Virus record (IMG/VR): IMGVR_UViG_2511231106_000004
Coordinates: 32,001-96,000 of that record
DNA from: a virus
Lineage: Duplodnaviria; Caudoviricetes
DNA length: 64,000 nt
Direction: 5' to 3' (one strand)
Under the pieces are notes generated by a model, which saw nothing but the letters and a program-made list of their open reading frames with translations, was not told where the DNA came from and searched no databases. A program made the translations under genes and the position numbers. Of this stretch, positions 54,680-64,000 are shown in pieces. The number at the start of each line of letters is the position of its first letter. Position 1 is the first letter of the stretch.

Positions 54680-55384
54680 TCAATGAATGAGCAATGCCAG
54701 CCGTTTCTCTAAGGAAGCGGCTGGCACTTTCTGCAAGGGTTTCTTTGGTTTCAGTTTCTGTACAAAGGAATTCGTCACCGTGACCGGGCTGTACAGCATG
54801 GCTTCCGGCTGCTGTTCTCCGTCTTCCTGGTCAAAAAGGATCTCATCGGCAAAGCCCAGTTCCACGGCCTTCCGGGCATTGAGCCAGGTCTCGTCATCCA
54901 TCATGTGCGAAATCTTCGTGCGGGCCAGGCCGCTCTTGATTTCATAGGCATTGATGATGCTCTCCTTGACTTCGCTCAGCATGCCGATGGTCTTTTCCAT
55001 CTCGGCTTTATCCCCATAAGCCAGGGTCGCCGGATTGTGGATCATCAGGATAGCCACCGGCGACATGCAGACCTTCGTCCCGGCCATGGCGATGACGGAG
55101 GCAGCCGAAGCCGCCAGGCCGTCGATCTTGACGGTAACGTTCCCGGGATAATCCATGAGCATGTTATAAATTTGGGCAGCGGCAAAACAGTCCCCGCCCG
55201 GGCTGTTGATCCAGAGGGTGATGTCGCCGCTGCCCGCATTCAGTTCTTCCTTGAAAGCCTTCGGGGTCACTTCATCGCCCCACCAGGTCTCGTCCGAAAT
55301 CTGGCCGTCCAGGTACAGCGTCCGTTCACTGCCGAAGGCATCGGGAACCGCATTGGTCACCCACTTCCAAAATTTATGTTTCAT
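54680..55384 (-). CDS. ClpP-type head maturation protease
   Basis: 'INSPGGD', 'GLAASAASVIAMAG', 'MIHNP'. Confidence 0.92.
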   Translation of the reverse strand: MKHKFWKWVTNAVPDAFGSERTLYLDGQISDETWWGDEVTPKAFKEELNAGSGDITLWINSPGGDCFAAAQIYNMLMDYPGNVTVKIDGLAASAASVIAMAGTKVCMSPVAILMIHNPATLAYGDKAEMEKTIGMLSEVKESIINAYEIKSGLARTKISHMMDDETWLNARKAVELGFADEILFDQEDGEQQPEAMLYSPVTVTNSFVQKLKPKKPLQKVPAASLEKRLALLIH

Positions 55385-56630
55385 TCGTTTCTCCCTTCTG
55401 GGCAAAGGCCCCGGCATCCTTGAGCTTGGTCATGCTGCCGTTCACCAGGTACAGATTGCCGCCTTCCTCATCGGGTACGGGATTCATGTCTTCCATCTCC
55501 CGGATATCGTTGGCGGACAGCCAGCCGTTCTGCCGGCCGATGCTGTACCCGGTCATGCGGCTCTCGTAATCGCCGCGCATGAGGCCGTTCACGTTGAACT
55601 TCAGGAAATACTGCTTCTTCTCTTCCGGCAGGAACAGGGCTTTCTGCATGGCCTGCTCCCAGCGGATGACCCATGGGTCCAGAGTGTATTTCACAAATTC
55701 CATGGACTGCTGCTCGATGTTATTGAAGGAACTTTTCTCCAGGTCACCGATCATGTGCGGCGGGATGCGGTAAAGCCGGGCAATCTCATCGAGCTGGAAC
55801 TTCCGCGTCTCCAGGAACTGTGCTTCTTCCGGCGGGATGCCGATCTGCTGGTACTTCATGCCTTCTTCCAGCACAGCTACCTTGTGGGCATTGCCCGTCC
55901 CCCGGTAGACAGCATTCCACGAATCCCGGACTTTGGCCGGGTCCTTCAGAACGCCGGGATGTTCCAGCACCCCGCTGGGACTGGCTCCGTTGGCAAAGAA
56001 AGACGCACCGTATTCCTCGCAGGCCATGGTCATGCCCACGGCATTGCGGGCCATGGCAATGGGCGAATAGCCGACCAGGCCGTCAAAACCAAGGCCGGGG
56101 ATATGCAGCACTTCTTCCTTCTGCAGGACCACCTGCCCGTATGGTTTGACATTCGGATTCTCATCACCCGTCTTGGTATACAGATAGAAAATCTGTCCCC
56201 GGTCATCCCGGCAGACGGTCATCTTGTCTGGACGCAGCGGATAGAGTCCCTGCACCCGTCCCAGGCGGTCCCGGATGATCTGGGCGTAAGCATTGCCCCA
56301 GATGAGCAGGTGGCTCATGAGCGTTTCCCGGAAGATGAACGAGGTCATCTCCGGGTTCGGTTCATCATGGAGCAGATGATACAGCGGATGGTCATAGACC
56401 CGCTCCTTACCGCCCGGCGTGTACCGGTACAGCTGTAGCGGCAGAGCTGCCAAGGTTTCCGCCAGGATGCGGACACAGGCATACACCGCCGTTGTCTGCA
56501 TGGCCGTGAACTCGTTCACCATCTTGCCGCTGGTGGAAGGGCCGAACAGATAACGGAAATCCGTGCCGATGTAATAGTTCTGAGGCTTGTCCCGAGTATG
56601 GAACAGGCTGGATAAAAATGGGATATGCAT
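55374..56630 (-). CDS. Portal protein, HK97 family
   Basis: GGAGG RBS before ATG 56630; paralogue of 9803..11053. Confidence 0.95.
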   Translation of the reverse strand: MHIPFLSSLFHTRDKPQNYYIGTDFRYLFGPSTSGKMVNEFTAMQTTAVYACVRILAETLAALPLQLYRYTPGGKERVYDHPLYHLLHDEPNPEMTSFIFRETLMSHLLIWGNAYAQIIRDRLGRVQGLYPLRPDKMTVCRDDRGQIFYLYTKTGDENPNVKPYGQVVLQKEEVLHIPGLGFDGLVGYSPIAMARNAVGMTMACEEYGASFFANGASPSGVLEHPGVLKDPAKVRDSWNAVYRGTGNAHKVAVLEEGMKYQQIGIPPEEAQFLETRKFQLDEIARLYRIPPHMIGDLEKSSFNNIEQQSMEFVKYTLDPWVIRWEQAMQKALFLPEEKKQYFLKFNVNGLMRGDYESRMTGYSIGRQNGWLSANDIREMEDMNPVPDEEGGNLYLVNGSMTKLKDAGAFAQKGETNET

Positions 56631-56742
56631 GAAAACCTCCTGAAAAGGGATACTTAACCTAGTAATTGATAGTTTACAAACACGTTTTATTATTGGTAAA
56701 CTATTTTCATAATAGTAAATCTCAGAAAGGAAATGAGCACTC

Positions 56743-57573
56743 ATGGGCAGAATAACTATTGAAAAAAATACGGTGCAAGAAACATTAATCATTCCCCTCT
56801 ATGCCAGGAAACTTGGCAATGAGCTCTTCCCTCACATTCTCCTAGACCCTTATGCGGATGACGTAATCAGACATCTGAATTACGATTTTTCTACGCTTGA
56901 TAAAAAGAAAGGTTCTTTTGTTTGGAAGTTTGGTGCCTTAGAAGGTATTCTTCGAAGCAAAGCTATTCTTTATGAGATGCAAGACTATCTATCTTCCCAT
57001 CCAGATGCGGCTGTTGTGAATATGGGATGCGGATTAGATCAGACCCCTCGCTTAGGAGATAACGGAAGAATGAATCTATACAATATCGACAGGAAAGACA
57101 TTATTTCCATACGAAATTCTCTTCTTCCCCCTATTGGCCGAGAAATCAATATCGCGGCTGATTTAAATGATGATACTTGGACTCAATACATTCATGTATT
57201 TCAAGGAGTTTTCCTGTTTGCAGCCGGAGTGTTTATGTATCTCAGAGAAAAAGAGGTACATCAACTTATTCTGAGGCTAAAGGGTGCCTTTCCCCACGGT
57301 TGCCTCGTATTTGATACCATCGGCAGCTTCGGTATAAAGGTACTGATGAAGAGAACATTGAAAACACTGGGAATACATGGCATAAAGGGAATGTTCTACT
57401 GCAATAACCCACTTCATGACCTAAGATTGGACGACGACATTAAGGTATCTGTACGAAAATACCTGACAGGCTATGTAGACCTGAAAAAGGAAGGCATCTC
57501 TCCACTTTTAAGGGGAATGGCGTATCTTTTCGATTGGGTGTTCAGAATGAACATCTGCCAAATTACCTGGTAA
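56743..57573 (+). CDS. Class I SAM-dependent O-methyltransferase (LCM-like; antisense moron)
   Basis: 'VQETLIIPLYAR', 'VVNMGCGLD', 'AAGVFMYL', 'LVFD'. Confidence 0.88.
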   Translation: MGRITIEKNTVQETLIIPLYARKLGNELFPHILLDPYADDVIRHLNYDFSTLDKKKGSFVWKFGALEGILRSKAILYEMQDYLSSHPDAAVVNMGCGLDQTPRLGDNGRMNLYNIDRKDIISIRNSLLPPIGREINIAADLNDDTWTQYIHVFQGVFLFAAGVFMYLREKEVHQLILRLKGAFPHGCLVFDTIGSFGIKVLMKRTLKTLGIHGIKGMFYCNNPLHDLRLDDDIKVSVRKYLTGYVDLKKEGISPLLRGMAYLFDWVFRMNICQITW

Positions 57574-57579
57574 TAAAAA

Positions 57580-59181
57580 TCAAAAAGCAATAACACCCCG
57601 TTCGTCATAGACACTGCCGCTGCCTATCCCGTTGCGGATGCAGCGGTCCAGTGCCATGATAGACGCCACGATTCCGTCGATTTTTTCGACGGATTTTTCT
57701 TTGTCCGGCTTGATGTTCCCCGCCGGGTCCTGCCGCATGACAACATTGCCCGCCATCCATTTGAGGACGGGATTGCCGCCATGGAGAATGTTCCCTTCCA
57801 TCAGAAGCTTGAACAGCTCCTTCGACGGCGGCGACATATCCTTGAACCCCTGGCCGAACGGCACCATGGTAAAGCCCATGTCTTCCAGGTTCTGCACCAT
57901 CTGGGTGGCGTTCCACCTGTCGTAAGCGATTTCCCGGATATTATAGGTTTCTCCTAAACGTTCGATGAACTTCTCGATGAAACCATAATGGATGACGTTC
58001 CCTTCCGTCGTCTGGATGAAGCCCTGCTTCTGCCAGACGTCGTATAGGACATGGTCCCGGCGGCACCGCAGTTCCAGCGTGTCTTCCGGCAGCCAGAAGA
58101 AAGGAAGCAGGATGTATTTCTCGTCATCGCTCCGTGGCGTGAAAGCCAGAACCAGGGCCGTGATATCCGACGTACTGGACAAGTCCAGCCCGCCGTAGCA
58201 CATCCGTCCCCGCAGGAAGTCCCGGTCAATGGGAAGATTCCCCTTGTCGTAGACCTGTTCCGGTATCCAGCGGATGCTGGCCGAAGTCCAGATATTGAGC
58301 CGGAGCTGCTTGAACACGTTCTCTTCCGCCGGATTTTCGACGGCATTCCGATAGGCTTCCCGGACGCGGTCAATCTGTATGGTATGACCCAGAGACGGGT
58401 TCGCCTTGTACCAGTTCGCTTCATCCGTCCAGTCTTCCTCATGTTCCAGGCCATAGACCACGGGGTAAAAGGTGGCATCCTTCTTCCGGCCCGCCATCAG
58501 GTCCAGGGCCTTGGTATGCAGTTCGTAGCAGATGCTGTTCTTGTCATTGCCCGCTGTGGTGATGATGAAAAAGAGCGGCTGCTCCCTTGCATCACCGGAG
58601 CCTTTGGTCAGGACATCGTAGAGCTTCCGGTTCGGCTGGGCGTGGATTTCATCAAAGACCAGGCCGGACACATTGAGCCCGTGCTTGGTTCCTGTTTCTG
58701 CCGACAGCACCTGGTAGAACCCGGCGTTGCGGTAATTGATGATTCGCTTCCCGGCCGACCGTATCTTGGAACGGCGCATCAGGGCCGGACTCATCTCGAC
58801 CATCTGCCGTGCCACATCAAAGACAATGGAAGCCTGGTTGCGGTCACAGGCCGCACCATACACTTCGGCACTCGGCTCGTTATCGGCATAAAGAAGGTAC
58901 AGGGCGATGGCTGCAGCCAGCTCGCTTTTCCCGTTCTTCTTTGGAATTTCTATATAGGCCGTCAGGAACTGCCGCTTCCCGTTTTTCTTGACGATGCCGA
59001 ACAGGTCACGCACAATTTGTTCCTGCCAGGGCAATAAAAGGAAAGGCTTCCCGGCCCATTTTCCTTTGGTATGACAGAGATGCTCGATGAAAGCGACGGC
59101 ACGGTCAGCCTTTTCTTCATCATAACGGGAATCCGGCAGCATGAACGCTGACGGCTTATATACAAACGCCAAACTTGTCAC
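57580..59181 (-). CDS. terL: Terminase large subunit
   Basis: 'EIPKKNGKSEL', 'VFDEIH', 'GGLDLSST', 'KIDG'. Confidence 0.96.
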   Translation of the reverse strand: MTSLAFVYKPSAFMLPDSRYDEEKADRAVAFIEHLCHTKGKWAGKPFLLLPWQEQIVRDLFGIVKKNGKRQFLTAYIEIPKKNGKSELAAAIALYLLYADNEPSAEVYGAACDRNQASIVFDVARQMVEMSPALMRRSKIRSAGKRIINYRNAGFYQVLSAETGTKHGLNVSGLVFDEIHAQPNRKLYDVLTKGSGDAREQPLFFIITTAGNDKNSICYELHTKALDLMAGRKKDATFYPVVYGLEHEEDWTDEANWYKANPSLGHTIQIDRVREAYRNAVENPAEENVFKQLRLNIWTSASIRWIPEQVYDKGNLPIDRDFLRGRMCYGGLDLSSTSDITALVLAFTPRSDDEKYILLPFFWLPEDTLELRCRRDHVLYDVWQKQGFIQTTEGNVIHYGFIEKFIERLGETYNIREIAYDRWNATQMVQNLEDMGFTMVPFGQGFKDMSPPSKELFKLLMEGNILHGGNPVLKWMAGNVVMRQDPAGNIKPDKEKSVEKIDGIVASIMALDRCIRNGIGSGSVYDERGVIAF

Positions 59182-59648
59182 CCCCTTAGCAGCAGTTCCA
59201 TTTCATCCGTTTCTGTTTCTGCCCCGTTTTCTTCCCCGATCTTGCGGCTCCGGGCAGACGGGGTCAGACCGAACTGCTCACAGAACTTCAGCATAATCTT
59301 GAGGTTCGTCTGAGCAATGGATACCTGCGGCACCTGCTGCAGGTACCCGTTCGGCGTCCGCACCATATCCCCATGCTGGGTGATGAACTCTTCGGCCCCT
59401 TTCCACCGGGCATACGCCTGGCAGTATCCGGCAAAGGCCATCATATCCAGATGGGTCAGCATCCCCATCTCAGCGAGGACTTTCCCCAGCCGCTTCCATT
59501 CTTTCTTGGCATCATCCTCCAGCCAGTCCGGGCAGCGAGGGAGCCGTCCCTTTGGCATGGGTTCCTTCTTATTGAGGGGACGATGGCCGGGATTGCCTTC
59601 CAGCACCTTGAGCGCCGTCGGCTTCGGTTTTCTTCCTCGTACAGCCAA
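59178..59648 (-). CDS. terS: Terminase small subunit, P27 family
   Basis: 'GRKPKPTALK.LEGNPG', 'FGLTPSARSR'. Confidence 0.92.
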   Translation of the reverse strand: MAVRGRKPKPTALKVLEGNPGHRPLNKKEPMPKGRLPRCPDWLEDDAKKEWKRLGKVLAEMGMLTHLDMMAFAGYCQAYARWKGAEEFITQHGDMVRTPNGYLQQVPQVSIAQTNLKIMLKFCEQFGLTPSARSRKIGEENGAETETDEMELLLRG

Positions 59649-59809
59649 TGGCGCTCACCTCCCAATAAAAAAAGCCCTTGCGGGCTGTACGGCAGAGAAG
59701 GCCGCGGCTGCAGCCTTCTCCGATTTTCTTTTACCATTTCTAAAGAAAATTTATGCATTTTATTTTATGGCAAAGGACAGGGCCTTGCGGCCCCGTCTTC
59801 AGGATTCCC

Positions 59810-60139
59810 TTACTTCGTGCTTTTCAGGACATCGACCAGCCATCCGGCGCTTGGATGGGTTTCCCCGGTTGCTTTTTCAAGCACCTGGCGGTCTTCCTCG
59901 ATATAATGAAGCCCCTTGCCGACTTTGATGAACCGGACATCTTCGTAGCCTTTTATATCGGTCCGGTAAACCCTTGCCGTGCGGCTTTCACCATCGTAGC
60001 TTTTGCCATCCCATCCGCCAAAAGTGAAGGTCACTTTTTCCTTGGCAGCCTTGAAATGGGCTTCAAAATCATTCCTTGTTATGGCTGTTTGGTATTCGCG
60101 AAGTTCGAAATGGTTGCGGAGTGCATCGATGTTTGTCAT
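59810..60139 (-). CDS. Hypothetical protein (cassette)
   Basis: GAGGA RBS; own promoter motif, leader and downstream hairpin. Confidence 0.65.
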   Translation of the reverse strand: MTNIDALRNHFELREYQTAITRNDFEAHFKAAKEKVTFTFGGWDGKSYDGESRTARVYRTDIKGYEDVRFIKVGKGLHYIEEDRQVLEKATGETHPSAGWLVDVLKSTK

Positions 60140-60201
60140 GGTAAAATCCTCGCTTTCGTGTGCTTTTCCTCTGGGGCTTGTCCCCTTTGTCATGTATATA
60201 T

Positions 60202-60228
60202 ATCACTCTGAACGCACATAATAGCAAG
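60202..60228 (-). promoter_or_regulatory. Conserved promoter-like motif, copy 5 of 7
   Basis: CTTGCTATT-N10-AGAGTGAT. Confidence 0.65.
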
Positions 60229-60252
60229 TCATTTATCCGATATTTATGCATC

Positions 60253-60864
60253 TTATTCGATGACTTCCCATTCATCGGCTCCGGGTACCAGCCCAAGACT
60301 GCTACCCGTATCCCACTGTACATGGATGGTTCCGGCATCATCGACGAACTGGACAGTGCCTTCAGTTCCCCTGGGCGGTGCCTGCCTGTCATCCATGGCG
60401 ATAAGTCGCACCCGCGTCCCTTCCATCCGTTCCCGGCTGTGCCGCAGACCGGCCCGCAGGACGGACAGGTCGAAACCGAATTTGCGGTACTCCTGCTCCA
60501 TGTTCTGGTAGTACCAGTCTTCCGGGATGCCGAACCGCCGGTCTTCGCGCATGATGTACACCAGACCGCAGACTGTACCGTCATCGGTTTCCATTTCCAC
60601 TTCTTTTTTGTAGTAGAACCGCGGGAAGCCTTCATAGGCATCGAGCCGCCGTTCATCCGCCGAAGAAATGCGCCAGAAAACAACCGGCACGAAGGCATCT
60701 GCCTTTTTCTCGATAGTGGCGTAACATCCTGTCAGGGAACCTTTGAAGAGAAGTTCATATCCCCGGATCCGGCCCGTTCCCGCAAGAACGGCATCAGGAC
60801 ACCGTCTTGCCATCTGTATTTTACTCATGTTGCTGCCGTAGGCAATGTAGATTCTTTGTTTCAT
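60253..60864 (-). CDS. Gamma-glutamylcyclotransferase (AIG2-like) fused to DUF4314
   Basis: 'YIAYGSNM...RCPDA', 'LDAYEGFPRFY'; C-terminal 'GTRVRL..MDD.QAPP.GTEGTV..VDDAG...WDTGSSL'. Confidence 0.88.
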   Translation of the reverse strand: MKQRIYIAYGSNMSKIQMARRCPDAVLAGTGRIRGYELLFKGSLTGCYATIEKKADAFVPVVFWRISSADERRLDAYEGFPRFYYKKEVEMETDDGTVCGLVYIMREDRRFGIPEDWYYQNMEQEYRKFGFDLSVLRAGLRHSRERMEGTRVRLIAMDDRQAPPRGTEGTVQFVDDAGTIHVQWDTGSSLGLVPGADEWEVIE

Positions 60865-60940
60865 CGCTCTCATCCTTTCTGAAGGGAATGCCCTTCTACC
60901 ACCCCAAGGGCAGCCGAAGCTGCCCGGAAGGCTATCCCCT

Positions 60941-61837
60941 TCAAGCGGCGGCATTGCGCCATGCGGAATTGCCTGTGAGGTGTTTGAGGAAGTGGAGCCG
61001 GCAGGTCTTGAATTCGTCGCCGATGAGCCCGAGACGGAGCATCCAGCACCGGAAAGCGTATTTCTCATTATCCGTTTCAGTCTTCCGGGCCGAGGCCTTC
61101 TTCTGCGTGAGGGCCTGATGGGCGACGGCTAGGCAGAACTGGATGTATGCCTTGATTTCCCCGGAGTGGAGCGTCCCGTTAAAAAGCCGGAACTCGACGG
61201 TCCCTTTGGTGAAGGTGGCATGCAGGTTCAGCCCGTGGTAGCGGGTGCTGTTGTAATGATGGTTCCGTCCGTAAGGTGCTTCCTGATACCAGAGGTCGGC
61301 GATGCCTTCCAGCGTATCCGGCTTTCTCCGATTGATGTCCTTCAGGAAGGTCGTGTTTGTCTTCCGGCAGTACCGGCTTTCCCGCGAAGGATTGATCTGG
61401 AGGGCGCGGTAAATCATGTCTTCCTTGCTCGCCATGATGTTCACCAGGTTCCGCAGGGTCTTTGCCGTGAACCGTTCGGCCCCGACATGGATGTGGATGC
61501 CGCAGGACTTGTTGGCAAAGGCCCCGGCCTTGCGGAGCGTCCGCACCAGCTCCTGCAGCTTCGTGATGTCTTCGTAGGAAAGAATGGGGCTGACCACTTC
61601 CGTGCGGTAGAAGCTGGAAGCATCCGTAATGTTTCCGTTCACCTTCTTCTGGGGAACCAGACTGGAATCGTTCATGGCTTTCCATTTCCGTCCCTGTTCA
61701 TCCCTTGCGGTGTAGGTATCGTAGGCTCCGCCTTCGTGCCGGCTTTCCGTCCCGAAGAAGCTGGCCATGAGGCTGGCGGCCCGGCTTCTCGTGATCCCGG
61801 TCATTTCCATTTCGATGCCAAAGTGCAATGTTTTCAT
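60941..61837 (-). CDS. Putative amidoligase (Amidoligase_2 family)
   Basis: Close paralogue of 14287..15183. Confidence 0.9.
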   Translation of the reverse strand: MKTLHFGIEMEMTGITRSRAASLMASFFGTESRHEGGAYDTYTARDEQGRKWKAMNDSSLVPQKKVNGNITDASSFYRTEVVSPILSYEDITKLQELVRTLRKAGAFANKSCGIHIHVGAERFTAKTLRNLVNIMASKEDMIYRALQINPSRESRYCRKTNTTFLKDINRRKPDTLEGIADLWYQEAPYGRNHHYNSTRYHGLNLHATFTKGTVEFRLFNGTLHSGEIKAYIQFCLAVAHQALTQKKASARKTETDNEKYAFRCWMLRLGLIGDEFKTCRLHFLKHLTGNSAWRNAAA

Positions 61838-61888
61838 AATCATCTCTGTCCTTTTTATGTGTGCGTGTGTTCTTTCGGTACACTATAT

Positions 61889-61915
61889 ATCACTCTAAAG
61901 GCACACAATAGCAAG
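61889..61915 (-). promoter_or_regulatory. Conserved promoter-like motif, copy 6 of 7
   Basis: CTTGCTATT-N10-AGAGTGAT. Confidence 0.65.
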
Positions 61916-61950
61916 TTATTTTGAGAATAATTATGAATTAAATTGAAGGT

Positions 61951-62808
61951 TTATAGGTTCTGATGCCGGCGTTCCTTCTGCTTTCTGGCATGGGCCATGG
62001 CCTCTTCTTCCGTGCGGAAAGCACTCCATCCGTTCAGGTCTTTCAGCAGGGCCATGCGCGATTCGTGGCTGGCCCTGGTTCCCATGCCGATGCGCAGGAG
62101 CCACATCCGCAGGTAGTATTTCTCGTTTTCCGGCTTCCGTGTGGCAGGCTGGACCCGTTTCGCCTTTTTCGCCGCACTGACAATGAAAGCCGCCAGTTCA
62201 ATCAGGGCGCGGTTCTTTACGGCATTGCCGGTCGCGGAGAAGTAGAATGTCACCGTGTCTGCGGCAATCAGGAACCCCCGCCCTTCTTTTCCGTAGTTCT
62301 GATAGATGGCAAAGAAGGAAGTCCGGTCTGTACCGGGTTCTTCTTTCAGGTCTTCCACCAGCCTGTCCGGCACATGGATGTTTTCATGTCCTGCGGCCCG
62401 GTTGAGCAGGTACTGCTGAGCATGGAGCATGAAGACCAGGTTGCGGAGCTGCGCCCCATCCATGCCATCATTGGGAACCTTGATTTCCATCTTGTCCGGC
62501 TCCGTCTGCGGCAGTGCTTCCGATTCTGGCGTTTCATCCTGCTGTGTCGGTTCTTGCGTTACTTCGGTTTCTGTTCCTTCTTCCGGTTTCGGCTGCGGAA
62601 GGATTCCTGCTTCCTGCAGGAAATCCGTGATGGCGGCTTCTGTCTTTTCATCATCGCATTCGATATCGCCGCTGCGAAGGATGCGGAATCCCTGCCCTTC
62701 GTAGGCAAAGGCCGGGGTCCCGGTGTAATGAAGCTTTTCGTTACGGTTGAAGGGAATCATCCTTCTGGCCAGTTCCTTGCGGTCGTTCAGGTTCGTCTGG
62801 ATTGTCAT
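61951..62808 (-). CDS. Phage protein with acidic linker and amidoligase-like C-terminal domain
   Basis: Positional counterpart of 15501..16307; 'ENEKYYLRMWLLRIGM...LNGWSAFR'. Confidence 0.72.
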   Translation of the reverse strand: MTIQTNLNDRKELARRMIPFNRNEKLHYTGTPAFAYEGQGFRILRSGDIECDDEKTEAAITDFLQEAGILPQPKPEEGTETEVTQEPTQQDETPESEALPQTEPDKMEIKVPNDGMDGAQLRNLVFMLHAQQYLLNRAAGHENIHVPDRLVEDLKEEPGTDRTSFFAIYQNYGKEGRGFLIAADTVTFYFSATGNAVKNRALIELAAFIVSAAKKAKRVQPATRKPENEKYYLRMWLLRIGMGTRASHESRMALLKDLNGWSAFRTEEEAMAHARKQKERRHQNL

Positions 62809-62842
62809 GGTCTATGTACCTCCTTGTTTTGCTAGTACATAT

Positions 62843-62869
62843 ATCACTCTGAACGCCGATAATAGCAAG
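62843..62869 (-). promoter_or_regulatory. Conserved promoter-like motif, copy 7 of 7
   Basis: CTTGCTATT-N10-AGAGTGAT. Confidence 0.65.
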
Positions 62870-64000
62870 TTATTTCTGCACTTTATCATAAGGAATTTTC
62901 TCATTTTTACGCAGTACAAACACGCCTTCATCCCCGCACTCGCTGATATACCGCTTCACGATGACATCGACGAACTTCTCGTCCAGCTCAATGCCATAAC
63001 AGATGCGGTCCGTCTGCTGGCAGGCCATGAGCGTGGAACCGGATCCGAGGAACGGGTCCAGGACGATGCAGTGGCTCATGGACGAATTCTCTATGGGGTA
63101 GGCCATAAGAACCACAGGCTTCATGGTCGGATGTTCCTTGCTGGCTTTCGGACGGTCATATTCCCAGATGGTCGTCTGCTTGCGGTCGGAATACCACTGG
63201 TGCTTCCCGTTCAGCTTCCAGCCGAACAGGCACGGCTCGTGCTGCCACTGGTACGGGCTGCGGCCCAGGACCAGGGCGTTCTTCTTCCAGATGCAGCAGC
63301 CGGACAGGTAGAAGCCTGCGTCCTTGAAGGCCTTGCGGAAGTTCAGCCCCTGCGTATCGGCGTGGAACACATAGATGGATGCATCCCGTTCCATGTTCTG
63401 CTCCATGTTGACGAAGGCGCTGAACAGGAACTGGTAGAATTTATCGTCCGGCATATTGTCGTTCTTGATTTTTCCGGCCGTTTCTTCCACATCCACATTG
63501 TACGGAGGATCCGTCAGCACCAGGTTGGCTTTCTTGCCGTCCATCAATCGTATATAGGTTTCCGGCAGCGTGGCATCGCCGCAGATGACGCGGTGCTCCC
63601 CCAGGAGCCAGATATCCCCTACCTTGGCCATAGCCGGCTGTTCCAGTTCTCCGTCCACATCGAAGTCATCTTCTCTCACCTTCTTGTTGTGGACTTTGGA
63701 AAAGAGCTGCTCCACTTCTGGTGCCTCGAAACCCGTCAAGTCTACATTGAAATCGACGCTCTGCAAATCCACGATGAGGTCGGCCAGGAGCTGTTCGTTC
63801 CAGGTGCCGGTGATTTTATTGAGCGCGATATTGAGGGCCTTGACCTTGTGTTCGTCCTCGATATGGACAACCACGCACTGGACTTCTTCATAACCCAGTT
63901 CTTTCAGCACTGTCAGGCGCTGATGCCCGCCGATGACGGTCATGTCGTAGTTGACAATGACGGGTTCCACATAGCCGAACTCCTGGATGGAGTTCTTGAT
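62870..64000 (-). CDS. ParB-N + DNA methyltransferase (5' partial)
   Basis: 'IGGHQR', DPPY, 'HPTMKP', 'DPFLGSGS'; frame open to the window edge. Confidence 0.92.
   Translation of the reverse strand: MKNSIQEFGYVEPVIVNYDMTVIGGHQRLTVLKELGYEEVQCVVVHIEDEHKVKALNIALNKITGTWNEQLLADLIVDLQSVDFNVDLTGFEAPEVEQLFSKVHNKKVREDDFDVDGELEQPAMAKVGDIWLLGEHRVICGDATLPETYIRLMDGKKANLVLTDPPYNVDVEETAGKIKNDNMPDDKFYQFLFSAFVNMEQNMERDASIYVFHADTQGLNFRKAFKDAGFYLSGCCIWKKNALVLGRSPYQWQHEPCLFGWKLNGKHQWYSDRKQTTIWEYDRPKASKEHPTMKPVVLMAYPIENSSMSHCIVLDPFLGSGSTLMACQQTDRICYGIELDEKFVDVIVKRYISECGDEGVFVLRKNEKIPYDKVQK

Larger units (their letters stand above)
34030..64000 (-). mobile_element. Prophage element 2 (HK97-type head, PBSX-like contractile tail, serine recombinases); runs off the right edge
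   Basis: Contiguous MTase-terminase-portal-capsid-sheath-tube-baseplate-lysis-recombinase gene order. Confidence 0.9.

Noticed and set aside
1-64000. tRNA, rRNA or IS transposase genes
   Set aside because: None recognised by eye; tRNAscan-SE and ISEScan were not run.

Overview
The window holds two tandem, related prophage-like elements, almost all on the minus strand, in what looks like a Negativicutes genome (inferred from a YadA+SLH surface protein). Element 1 (about 1-31.3 kb) has an HK97-type head, a siphovirus-type tail, a MTase/amidoligase cassette block, a frameshifted SNF2 helicase and a P4-family primase followed by 125-bp palindromic tandem repeats. It ends in a divergent, AT-rich four-gene plus-strand operon (26.6-31.2 kb). 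Element 2 (about 34 kb to beyond 64 kb) has two large serine recombinases, lysis genes, a PBSX/XkdK-type contractile tail and a head/packaging/amidoligase module paralogous to element 1. A trimeric-autotransporter/SLH gene with a poly-G promoter spacer lies between them. The most notable observation is in the plus-strand operon: the C-terminus of a 463-aa protein and the N-terminus of the next protein share a 19-residue N/Q/T/I/V-rich motif that is conserved at protein level despite synonymous divergence. This is the layout of amyloid-signalling gene pairs, and here it is coupled to an RloC-like SMC/ABC ATPase that seems to lack its nuclease histidine. Other notable features are a 7-copy invariant promoter-like motif heading variable gene cassettes, a covarying crr-like origin array, a multi-hairpin leader occluding a sigma-like gene RBS, -1 frameshift sites in both tail-chaperone genes, and antisense morons including a UDG-fold protein. 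All product calls come from motif recognition and gene order by eye; no database searches were run.
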